Shown piece after piece: positions 18,562-33,680 of a stretch of 64,000 nt of DNA (position 1 is the stretch's first letter; each line of letters opens with the position of its first letter). The stretch lies in NCBI RefSeq assembly GCF_009914755.1, contig NC_060937.1; one strand, given 5' to 3'. Origin of the DNA: the human T2T-CHM13v2.0 reference genome, Homo sapiens. Below the pieces are notes generated by a model. That model was not told the origin of the DNA. It made no database searches and was given only the letters and a program-made list of their open reading frames with translations. The position numbers and the translations under genes were made by a program.

Positions 18562-19191
18562 CTTCCAGCCCGCCGAGCTGTTGCTGTCACCCTTATCCTT
18601 GAAGTAGGGCACGCTCTTGACCATCCACTCGTAGATCTGCGACAGCGTGAGCCGCTTCTCCGCCGAGCTCTCGATGGCCTTGGTGATGAGGTCGGCGTAG
18701 GACAGGTTGCCCCACGCGTTGCGGCGGGACGAGCTGCTCTTGCGCGGCTGCCCCGCGAGCGGCCCAGCGGCGGCGGGGGGCACCGGCGGGTGCTGCGACA
18801 GCGGCCCGGGCGGCGGGGGCTGCGGTGGCGCTGGGTGCAGGCAGCCCGCCTCCGGGCCCTGGAAGTCCCCGCACAGCCCCCCGGTGGCGGCCGCGGCGGC
18901 CGCCGCCGCCACCGCCGCCGCCACGGAGCCGGGCGCCTGCGGGAAGTCCTCGCTCTCCTCCAGCAAGCTCAGGTTGCTCATGAAGTCGGCGCTGACAGCG
19001 GCAGCCGAGGCCGAGGGCAGGCCCGCCGCGGCGTCGGGGTTGGCAGCCGCGCTGCCCGACGGCGCCGGGCTGGAGGTGGCCGAGTTGGACTGGCTAAACT
19101 CCGGCCTGGGCAGCGGCCAGGTGCACGAGCGCGGCCGGGGCAGCGGCTCGAAGTCCGGGTCGATCTCCACCACCTGAGGCGCCTCGGCCAT
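18562..19191 (-). CDS. FOXO1: Forkhead box protein O1, coding exon 1 (aa 1-210); the rest of the gene lies left of the window
   Basis: Translation [26 protein letters not shown]...[55 protein letters not shown] matches FOXO1 (Akt site T24, N-terminal half of the forkhead domain). Strong Kozak GTCACCATGG at 19191; 630 nt; ends at the donor AAG|GTGAGT. Confidence 0.99.
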
Positions 19192-19580
19192 GGTGACCCC
19201 CGCCCCTCCCCCAGCCGCAGGAGAGCCAAGAGGGGGAGAACGCAGCACTGGGGGCGGACGGGGAGGGGGCGCGAAGGGACGGTCCGAGATTTGGGGGAAC
19301 GAAGCCGGTGCGGCGAGCGGACGGAAACTGGGAGGAAGGCGCGGCGGAGTGGAAGCGCGAGCCCAGAACTTAACTTCGCGGGGCCATCCACATCGAGGCT
19401 CCTCGGGGTCCGCCGCACGGACTGGACGGCCGGCCAGAGCCGCCGGGCCGGGGCAGAGCCTGCGCCGCGCTCCAGCTGACAGGGCCGCGGACGGAAGGAC
19501 GGACGGACGCCGCGGGCCGCTTGCTCTCCCCAGCGGCGCGCCCGCTGCGCTGCTGCCTGTTGAATGTGGCGGCTGCGGCA
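19192..19580 (-). other. FOXO1: FOXO1 5' UTR (TSS approximate, ~19575-19620)
   Basis: GC-rich sequence contiguous with the start codon; matches my recollection of the mRNA 5' end (GCAGCCGCCACATTCAACAGG...). CCAAT and GC boxes lie just upstream. Confidence 0.8.
19370..19393 (-). other. uORF in the FOXO1 5' UTR (MWMAPRS*)
   Basis: ATG TGG ATG GCC CCG CGA AGT TAA, out of frame with the main ORF. Confidence 0.65.
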
Positions 19581-19624
19581 GCGGCTGCTGCGACTACCAG
19601 GCCGCCCGACTTACGGGATCTGCC

Positions 19625-19700
19625 GCCGCCCCCCGCCCGCGGCGGCGCGCGCGCCGGCCCGCCCCTGACCGACAGCCCGCGCGGCCAATGGGCATGCGGC
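19625..19700 (-). promoter_or_regulatory. TATA-less core promoter: GC boxes (SP/KLF) and CCAAT box
   Basis: CCCGCCC motifs at ~19632 and ~19658; CCAAT at 19685-19689. Confidence 0.7.
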
Positions 19701-19938
19701 ACCGCCGCCCGGGCAGCCAGTGGGCGCCGGGCTGGGTGGGGCCCGGTTTTCCACGGGGAGGCGGCGGTGGGCTGGTGGGGGGTAGTGGGGTGTTTTTCTC
19801 TTTCACACACTCACCTCCTTTTTTTTTTTTTGGATCTCTATTATTTTCTGGTAATTCTCGAGTGTTTCTGTGATTCTCTCGCCTTCTCAGTGTTTTGATT
19901 GCTAGGAAGCAAACCAGCGTGGAGGCGGCGGCGACACT

Positions 19939-19946
19939 TTGTTTAC
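19939..19946. promoter_or_regulatory. FOXO binding element (DBE, TTGTTTAC) in the FOXO1 promoter
   Basis: Perfect consensus about 350 bp upstream of the TSS; FOXO feedback on FOXO1 transcription is established. Confidence 0.7.
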
Positions 19947-22005
19947 TACGGAGCAGCAGAGCCGAGTACTCGGGAAGCCCGGGTGGGAGGAGGCGCTCGC
20001 TGCTCCCTGACCTCCGCTGCGGGCCGAGCCCGGCGGGCTGGCAGGGCAGGGGGCCGAGGGCCGGGGGCGCGGGGTGGGCGGGCGGAGGCGGCCGCGAGGA
20101 ATTCTACTCAATCGCTCCCTCCTGGCTCCACCCACGATGTCTTTGCTGAACGACGTGGGGAATCGGTGGGTTTTGTTTTGGTTTAATGTTTTCTTTCGCT
20201 GCGATCTGTCAAGTCCTCCGGCCCCCTCGCGAGCGGCACACGCCCCCCACCCCCGGCGCCGCGGCTCCTGCAGTCGAGTCCGCGCCGAGGGACCCTTCTC
20301 CGTGCCCACCGGTCCGCACCCCCGGGCTCAGCCTGTGCCATTCGGTCTAGCCAGAGGCGCGTCACCCAGCCGGCAGCCCCCAGCCGGATTCACTGTATTC
20401 TTGACCTTTTTTAAAATGCTAGAAATGAGGAACAGGGGCTCCGGCGCGGGGAGGAGATTATCTGGCCTCCCTGAACACACGAATCCAAAGGCACCCGCGA
20501 CCGCATGCCCTCCGTGGGAACCTCTTCCCCTGGGCGGGAATCTCCCGCTCCGTCCACTAAGTCCAGGGCCGGCAGCGAAGGGCTCAGGAGCGCAGTTAGA
20601 GAGAACCAGGTCATTTTATTACTTATCCCTAATTAAATTTAGCTGTTTGTTACTTCTTTTTTATTTGCAACGGAAGTGATCGGGTGTTAAGTAAAAACGC
20701 AAGGGGGGCGGGAGATAGGACCAAAGCCTTGGGGCGCAGCCTGCCCCACCCCCAAATTCCTTGAGGCTACTTGCTGTGTGTGTCAGTCAACCCCCCACCC
20801 ACACCCCACCTTTCCTCATCTGGGCTGCAGGTCCAGGACATCCTGTCAAGGATCAGTGGGGCCAAAGGTGGGAAGATAATGGCCCTTGTGTCTCAAGCAG
20901 AAGAAACAGTTTTCCAGTTTTGTTTTGTTATGCTTTTGCTTTTTTAGGAAGAATATGGAAGGCATTTCCTTTTAGAAAGATGGGACCACTTAGGATGGAA
21001 GATGGACAGTAGGGTTTTAAATATCTTGTCCAAAAGGACAGCTTCCAACTCTTGTTTTTTAATCCCTTTCTTTCTTACAAGTAATTCTGCAATGGAAAAA
21101 GTGGCATCTAGAGAAAATTAGTCAGTTGGACAAGAGGTTGTTGAAAAAATAAAAGAGAAAAGAGGGGAAAAAAGGAAAAATTAGGCCTCTTACAAAAGTT
21201 AAAAAGATTGAGAGAGATTATCTTTCTTCTTTTATATTCTCACTATCGTCTCTCTAGTCCGGGCTCCTGTTTCTTCATAATCTATTTATCACAACAGCTT
21301 CTTGCTGATACTAGGCATGGGTGGGGTGGGGAGCGTGAGCCGGATGGATTGGGGACGGGCGGGGACTGGTTCCCACCCTGGTCTTGTGGTCTCTTCACGT
21401 TTACTATCAAATTTGGACAGTCTGGGCCTCCTCTGACAGCCGCTAGGGGACCTCAGTAACTCAGATGATGAGCTCAAAGGCAGGCCCCCAAAGTACAGCT
21501 GTTGCTTCCCCCCACCTTTCCAATTACACTCTGCAGAAGCAGCCCCCGATCCAGACAGCCGCACCCTAAAAATAGGCGGTGCCCTACTGGATCATTCTTG
21601 GCAAAGGAAGCCAGCTTCAAATTTGGCCTTGCCTTCATTTCTATTCCGGTTTTTCAGGGCGTCAGAGAATATTTATTTGGTTAAAGGAGTCTTCCTACAG
21701 ACTTTCCCCAAATCCTTGAAATCTTTGAGGCTCTCCTGCCCAATTGTTTCTTCAAATGTCATAGTTTACTTTTATTTGGTCTTTCTTTAAAAAAATTGAC
21801 GAGGCAGGCACAGAGAACCTATAACACCAATGTCCCTGACACATAGGTCCAAAAAATTAAAAATATATATTGAAGGGTTTTTACAGCTAACCACCACACT
21901 GTTGTATCTAAATATCAATTTACTGAACCCCAGGATGTTGGTGAATATTTCACTTGTTTCCAGTCTTTAGCTATCATAGACTATTCTGTAAGAAATAACC
22001 TTGCA

Positions 22006-22249
22006 GGGAGGCCGAGGCGGGCGGATCATGAGGTCAGGAGATAGAGACCATCCTGGCTAACACGGTGAAACCCGTCTCTACTAAAAATACAAAAAATTAG
22101 CCGGGCGTGGTGGCGGTCGCCTGTAGTCCCAGCTACTCAGGAGGCTGAGGCAGGAGAATGGCGTGAACCCGGGAAGCGGAGCCAAGATCGCCCCACTGCA
22201 CTCCAGCCTGAGCAACAGAGCGAGACTCCGTCTCAAAAGAAAAAAAAAA
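22006..22249 (+). mobile_element. 5'-truncated AluY
   Basis: 16-bp TSD aagaaataaccttgca; small internal deletion at a gagc microhomology. Confidence 0.92.
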
Positions 22250-22751
22250 AAGAAATAACCTTGCATAACTTTAATTTCATATCTGTACAAGTATATATAT
22301 AGGAGCAATTTCCAGAAATGGGAGTCACTGGGTCAGCAGGTATACCCATTCGTAGTTTTGAAAGGCACAGCCAAATTGTGCTCCACAAGGGTTATATCAA
22401 GCTAAACTGTCTTTTCCATTAGACCCACAGAACGTTAAACTTGAAAGTAAACTCGGAGATCACCTTGGTGACCCCCTTTAACTTAGAAAAAGAGAGGTGC
22501 AGAGATGCTGATTTGCCCCAGCGCACATAATAAAAGTGGTGATGCCAGGGCTGTAGCTCTAATTTTTTGCTTTCCCATTAGTAACCTTCTCAAAACACAG
22601 ATGGAAAATTATAAATATCCTGTAATCCCACTATAGCAATAACCATTATAACTTCGTAGTGTATTTCCTTCCAGTCAACCCGCAGATCTTAGTAATCATA
22701 GTTAGGTGAACTCCACTGAACCAAATAAAGGTTTGAATTAAAAGAACAAAT

Positions 22752-23073
22752 AGGCCGGGCACAGTGGCTCATGCCTGTAACTCCAACAGCTTGGGAGGCC
22801 GAGGCAGGTGGATCACCTGGGGTCAGGAGTTCCAGACCAGCCTGGCCAACATGGTGAAACCCCATCTCTACTAAAAATACAAAAATTAGCTGGGCGTGGT
22901 AGCAGGTGCCTGTAATCCCAGCTACTCAGGAGGCTGAGGCAGAAGAATCCCTTGTACCCCGGAGGTGGAGGTTTCAGTGAGTCGAGATCACACCACTGCT
23001 CCAGCCTAGGCGACAGAATGAGACTGTATCTCAAAAAAATTTAAAAATTAAAAAAAAATAAAATAAAATAAAA
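22752..23073 (+). mobile_element. AluS
   Basis: Alu consensus. Confidence 0.9.
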
Positions 23074-24603
23074 GATCAAGAAAACAGACATAAAACAATG
23101 ATAGTGGTAATAAGATAATGAAAGAAGAGATTACAAAAGAAGTTTTTCTGTTTTTTTTTTTTGTTTTTTTTTTAGTCAAAAATGTAAATGTTGCCATCTC
23201 TGAAGGGTGACATAGTATTTAGGTCATCCCTGGTTCTGCTTAAGGGAAAAAGTTCTTTTCTCCTTCCTTGTGTTTTGTGGTTGCAGCTTGCTTTGAAGGT
23301 ATTTTCTACTGATTATCACTTAGTTGCTGCATGTGTCTGAACTGGGAAGAAATAGGGAAGAAAAATGTCTCATGTCAAGTAAGGACAATTAAAATGAAAA
23401 AGGAAATTTATCCTTACAAAGTCCATCTCACAAAACTATGTGATGTTCTTTTCTGTGCCTGGTTTTCAGGGTAACTATTGCCTCATCCTTAACAGGAAGA
23501 CTGAGGGATGGTTCCCTTTGATCAATGCCCAGGCAGAAATTTCTACATTTACCCCTCACCAACACATGATAGATCTCGGGTTTAAATTTAAATTTTTACT
23601 TGTCAAAATAGATAATTTAAGTTCCATTTAATGAGTAAGTGAAAAACTTGGATGCTGATTTTTCAGTCAGGGCACTTCACTTCGTATTTCACATTCCCTT
23701 TCCCCAACAACTGTCCGTTTCCAAAACTTTGTCTGAATTATTAGGAGGTACTGCTGTCAACCTGAAACAGCCTTTCTTCACTTAGCCCATAGAAAGTAAT
23801 AATCTGAAAAAAATATATATAGCCTCAGGTCTTTAAACCAATGTCCTGAAGGCTGGCATATTAACTGGTAGCTGTAGTAAGATTAGAAGTAACCATTCGT
23901 TTCTCTTAAGGGATAATTTCCTTGGGGTTTTGTCACTAATTCCACAAATATCTACAGAGCACCTCCTACATATATGTCAGGTGCTATGCATCTTAGAGTC
24001 CATTGTTTTGATGCTAAATTCCTTGAGCTCCAAAATGGTTTATTTTCCCTGATACGATATTTGCTATCAGAGTTAAGAACGCTGTTCTTTTCTAATCAGC
24101 AATGCATAGTGACAATATTTATTTGGAGGAATTACACAAAAATGTTTTTGATAGGTAAAAGAAATGCTAAGGCTGGAAAAATTGAAATATAGTCACCATT
24201 TTGGAGGAAAATAATGATATGAAGTGGAAAAGATTTAAAAATGCACCATCCACAGGCACTGGGAGTATGAGTTCCGACCACTAAGCCTCATGGTTGGGAT
24301 GATCTTATTACAAATGGACAAAAGACGGAGACTACCTCTGGTTATCTGTCTACTAACCTGTAACAGAAGGGAAGCAGTGAACCACTTCTTTTGTCAATTC
24401 TGTTGTGAAGGGCCAGTGTTTGTCAACTTCAATAAACTATTCCTTCACTTTAGGTATTAGTGAGAGACTACTTGTGGGTCTCTGCAGGAATACTAACACA
24501 TATTTGTAGATAACCTAAATGACCAACTATAGAGAATGGTTAAATAAATAATGGCATATCTATAAGGTGGCATTTCACACAGCCATTTAAAATAAAATCT
24601 TTG

Positions 24604-24948
<345 letters not shown>

Positions 24949-26129
24949 TCATATAATTGCCATAAAATTAATGATGGTACATGAAATTCCAAATTCTCTG
25001 AATGTCACAAATCTGAATCTTACATTCATGTTTGAAACACAATGTGTTTTCACTATTTTATTTCTGTTTCTTGTCATATTAAAGCTCTTAACACACTTCC
25101 AAAAAAGGGGGGACATATGCATTAAATAAGAAAATGCTGCCATGTTGAACACAGATGGTACAACATTTCTGGCAGAAAGGAAGTTTAACAAGGCATTTAA
25201 CTTATTTACTTGGAAAACTAATAAGCATGAATGTTCAAGTAAAGCAGTAAGAAATTAATTGCTGTTTTACAATAATCAGTTTTTCCAATCTAATCGCCCT
25301 ATTTCCATACCATGATAGCAGAGAAAGGGAGTCAAGTGTGATTGTAAACAAACTACTGACTAAGAGAATCCAGGATAGGAATGAAGGAAGAAACTGTTAG
25401 CATTTTATAGTAACTAACCAAGTTGTTTGTCATTTGTTGATAAAAATCAATAACAAGAGGTAATAACTGTGTAGTTAGAGTACATGTGTTTTCCATATGA
25501 TAATACAGTCACTGACTGTCAGCCAGGGTGTAAAAACAGGAGGCAAGAGTTTATCAAATTTCAGGTTTGGCTGACTCACAGGGCCCACCCATATGCAAAG
25601 TCTATTCTGGCAGAGAGTCAACACAGATGAATAGTGATTTCCCTGGGATATCAGGTTTCTACTTTGTGGTGAATACAGCCTTTAAAACACACTGAAATAT
25701 TCTATATTCTAAGGTTTAACATTTAAAAATGGAATTCCTAATTAGCTAATTACTGATATAGTGCTGGAGGAAAGATTAATTTGTCTCGTGTGATGCCATG
25801 TGTACTTTAAATAATTTTGTGTTTCAACAACAAACTGAAAACAGAACATTTGATGGCTATGTTGCATGCCTGAGCTCTAGAGCATTCCAACCTGGAAAAA
25901 TTCTTTCTATAATCCAAGACTAGGCTCCGGAAGCTCTCTTCCTCATTTTTCAGATTTACAGATCATCTGACACAAGATGAGCTGTAAGTCAATAAATATA
26001 CATATAAGTCTACTTTCAAGATGTTTTCAGTTATAAACTGTAAATCATTTTTTACCCAGAATGAGAATATACACATGAAAGTTTTCTTTATGCTCCAGTG
26101 TTAATAAAAACTGCTTTTTTTTTTCAACG

Positions 26130-26360
26130 ATAACTATGGACCAAGCACTTTACAGCTATTATCTGAATCAGTCCTCCAAGCCACCCAATAATACAAGAGT
26201 TATTATGACTCACATTTTACAGAAATTGAAACTAAGGTACAAAGAGCTAAGAATCTTACCTGAGGTCTTATCTTAGAAGTTTATCTAATTACAATCGGAC
26301 TTGAACCTACTGTTATCCAAATTCAGAGCTCATCTCCTGTTTAACATGACACTTTCTGCC
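26130..26360. mobile_element. MIR-like SINE
   Basis: Core-like cattttacagaaattgaaactaaggtacaaagagctaag. Confidence 0.6.
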
Positions 26361-27124
26361 TCTATAAAATGTTGGGTTTTTCTAGAGGACAAGAAATTAA
26401 TGAGAGGTTAATTTAAGGTTTCAATTTTTTTCCCAGAAAATTGACATTTGGACTTTTTGGGGGGTAATCTATGTCAGCAATCATCTCTGCCTAAAGCCAA
26501 TTCAGTTTATGTTAATGGTAGAAGCCCAGGGACAGAACATAAATAACAATAATAATGCTGATGTTTGCATGTGTATAAGACAAACCATGTAGGGGATTTC
26601 AAGCCATTAGCACTTGCTTATTTAAACAGCCAGCCTAAAACCATATACAATAAGAGCAGCCAGCTCTTCCAGAATGGTTGGTTTAAGTGGAACTCTCTCC
26701 AAATCTCTCCTTATCCTGAATAAAGGCACATCAAACCAATTTCAACAGCCATATTGAGCTCTATCCCCATCAAGAAAAGGGACTAGCATTGGATATTTAT
26801 CAAAAAGCCTGTCCTCAGCTGAGTTTCAGAAGCTTGGTGTTAGATTAGAACAAATGAACATGTGTTTTACAGTTCAGATGGTGGGCCTTATTCCGGTAAT
26901 ATGTAACCCACCCCTACTGCCTGGACCTACTGGGGAATTCAGCAGAGCCATAAGGTTTACTTTCATGAGGCGATAAACTAAACCAAAACAAACAAAGCCC
27001 TTGTGTTCCTCTCTATTTTGAAGTTGGCTTCAAAGTTGAATTGCAGCATGTCCCTCTCTCCCACCAAGTGGGCATAAAATATCAGAAATATTTTTAAAGC
27101 ACCTTTAGAAAAAGTTACTGCATC

Positions 27125-27519
<395 letters not shown>

Positions 27520-28729
27520 TCAGGTGTCAGTGTCCCCAGCTTTCATGAAAAGCATAAATAAAACTTCCTTCAGCTAAGATTTGAGGTTGTATTCTCTTTC
27601 CTTCAGCGTCACATCACAGAGAAGCATGGAAAGCCCCCATCAATCACAGACAAGAGGCTAGCCCTAGTTAGAAGAGCTTATCTACAGCTACTTTCCTTTC
27701 AGGTGGGAACAGTTTAAATTGCCACTAAATCACAAAATGAAAATCACTCCTTGGTGTTTTTCCATCTCCAGGATATGTGCCAGTTTTAATGGTCCATTGG
27801 CCATTGGCCTGTGCATCCACTGATGTTGGCATCAGTAGATGCTGAAGATTAATGCCAACCATTGTATGATAACCCAGTAAAACAAAATCAGTTAAGCATC
27901 TCAATACATTCTCTCTCTTCTTTAGTATCTATATATTTGACTCATTATTTGATTTTCCCTTTTCATTGTACACACAGTCAAATTAGGAGCCTGGCAGAGG
28001 TCTGGGGAAGTAGGGTGGAGAAGGAAAAGAATGCTTCCCCCTCTCCCTCCCTGCTGTCCTCTGGACATGACAGCACACCCAGAGTCCCTCGGTCATCTCC
28101 AGCCATGACTGGGGTGAGGAGAAGGCAATGGGAACACAGAGGCTCTTTACAGATCATAACAACCCCTCATCAAGTTTGCCATGATGTTGGTCCTCTATGC
28201 AAAATATGATAAAGTGAAATCACAAACAGATCTTCCAAGAAAAGCAGAAAATCAACAACGCATGATCAACTAGAACCTCTTTTATTCCCTAAGTAGTGTT
28301 CCATTTATTTTGTATTTTGAATTTTTATTTTGGTATGACTTGCCACCTACATACCTCAAAGAGGTATTGTAAGGATTAAAATAATGTCTTAAAGCACTTT
28401 GAAACAGGGATAAAATGTTTGTTCTCTGACATTGGTACAACCTCGTGGGTAGGTTTTTGTTAGTATACAAATTACTTTAACTCTGGTAAATACGTGATTT
28501 CTAAATCATTGATATTTGTTCTAAATTGTACCATAGCTCCTCCACATTCACGTGTTAGGCACATTGGTTGCCAAATCCAACTGGTCCTTTGTGAATTTAG
28601 AGATAATATGTATAATCATGGCACATCATAGCAAGAGTTTAGGAAGGCCTCTAATTTCAGGGATTGTTACTACCTATTCATGCTCTACAGCTTTGAGGGT
28701 TTTTGTTATTGTTGTTATGGTTGGTTTTT

Positions 28730-30068
<1,339 letters not shown>

Positions 30069-30589
30069 GTGATTTCTTTTTTTAAGACTAGTTAAATTCT
30101 TACTTAGGAAGAAGGCAATAGCCTAATTTTAATGTTCACTTTTAAAATTAAAAAGTACTCATGTCTTTTCATGTAGACGAATTATTTCTAACAAGGCAGA
30201 TTCTGCAGTTATTCCTAGATTAGTTATTCTTGGCAGTTGTACTGTAAAACCACGTGTCAACTGTGTGTACACACGATGATTCTATTAAAAGATATCATAA
30301 ATGCCACCTTATTTTCACAGCCCAATTAAAATATACAACAAATTTAGTCACTAATAAACAAAAATTGATGAGAACCATGGAAACATCTTAAATTAGAAAC
30401 CAGGAAAACCTGAAATTTAAAAAAAAAGAAGCTGCTAAAATTACACAGTCAGGATAAAAATTTATATTGTAAATGTTACCAAAAAACATTTAAAGGTGTG
30501 AAAGGGTTTTGTTTTTTTCTTAATTAGCAAGGACATTCTTAGTTCTACCTTTGATGATCAATTCTTAAACAGGTCATAATGAAAGCATT

Positions 30590-32149
<1,560 letters not shown>

Positions 32150-32550
32150 TAAATGGGTCGCGATGGAGATTTTATTAAAATGGTCATAATGGATAAAGTA
32201 CTTTCTTTTGTTTCCTGGAGCTATTCAAGGGCCTTTCTTGGGCTGGATCAGAGTAGACACTTAACTTACCTCCCTCCACGAGCCCTGTGCCACATTCCCT
32301 CTTCTCTTAGCTGGCTGAGAAAAAGAACAAGAGAAAAAAGCTAGGGAAATTTTTTAAATAATTATTTCTTACTCAACTGAAAACCCGAAGCGTGCTGCGG
32401 TTCTCAAACATACACATGATCATGAGCTCTGATACCCACCAGTGACCAGGCTGCTCCCAGGCACTCAAATTCTTCCTTTCAATGATACTCGTCATTCTTT
32501 GACTGATGTTAGCACATCTAAATTCTTTTTTTTCCCTCAAGGAACCTGAT

Positions 32551-32941
32551 TATTCTGGTCTGAATTGTGTTCTTCCTCCCCAAGTTCATATGCTAAATGT
32601 CTAACTCCCACTACGGCAGAATATGACTATATTTGGAGACAGGCCCTTTAGAAAGGTGACTAAGTTAAAATGAGACCGTTAGGCTAGGCCTTACCAGTCA
32701 AACCTCTGTCCTCATAAGAAAGGGTGATTTGGATGCACAGACGCCAAGGATGCCTGCACAGGGGAAAGACCATGTGAGAACAGGGAGAAGGCAGCCGTCA
32801 GCAAACCAAGGAGCAAGGCCTCAGGAGAAAGCAAACCTGCTGGCACTTTGATCTTGGACTCCAGACTGTGAGAAAATAAATTTCTGTTGTTTAAGCCACA
32901 CAGTCTGTAGTATTTTGTTAGGGCAGCCCTCGCAAATTACA
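32551..32941 (+). mobile_element. MLT1B-like MaLR solo LTR
   Basis: ctgaattgtgt...ttcatatg...tatttggagac at the start; actgtgagaaaataaatttctgttgtttaagcca...gcagccc at the end. Confidence 0.85.
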
Positions 32942-33114
32942 ATGACTGTATGATCAATTATGTTTTTCCAAACATAGGTTAGGTTTTTAACATTCAAATG
33001 AGGAATGAAAGGACCCTAATTCAGGGAGGCAGTTAAGCAAATAAAGCACTAATTTTAGAGGCAGTCTCAACCAAACCCACTCTTCTAATGCGTAGTTGTT
33101 TAACAAAGCGGCAC

Positions 33115-33680
33115 AGTCAGCACCATACAGGAAAACTGACTTACTATGTGCCAGGTATTGTTCTAAGCTTATTTATTTATTTATTTATTTATTTATTCAT
33201 TTATTTATTTATTTATTAATGAGATGGAGTCTTGCTCTGTCGCCCAGTCTGGAGTGCAGTGGCGCGATCTCGACTCTCGACTCACTGCAACCTCCACCTC
33301 CCGGGTTCAAGCAATTCTCCTGCCTCAGCCTCCCGAGTAGCTGGGATTACAGGCACATGCCACCACGCCCAGCTAACTTTTGTATTTTTAGTAGAGACAG
33401 GGTTTCACCATGTTGGCCGGGCTGGTCTCAAACTCCTGACCTCAAGTGATCTGCCAGCCTTGGCCTCCCAAAGTGCTGAGATTATAGGCGTGAGCTACCG
33501 CACCCAGCCTCTAAGCACTTTTCTATATAAACTCATTTAATCTTCACAAGACCCTACTGGGCAGGTGTGATTGGAAATTGAGGCACAGGGAGGTTGGTTA
33601 CTTGCACAGCTGGGATACAAACCCAGGCAGGCTAGAGCCACGGCTTTGCTTCTAACCAGTAATCCATGCTGCTTCCTTAG
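33115..33680. mobile_element. MIR interrupted by an Alu (33170-33509 -) with a (TTTA)n tail
   Basis: tactatgtgccagg on the left and ggaaattgaggcacagggagg on the right; tctaagc flanks the Alu. Confidence 0.8.

Noticed and set aside
18886-18924. Poly-alanine GCN tract in FOXO1 as a repeat expansion
   Set aside because: [12 protein letters not shown] matches the normal FOXO1 protein.
21577-21592. CTCF-like CCAGTAGGGCACC on the minus strand
   Set aside because: Core spacing is two bases short of the consensus; weak match.
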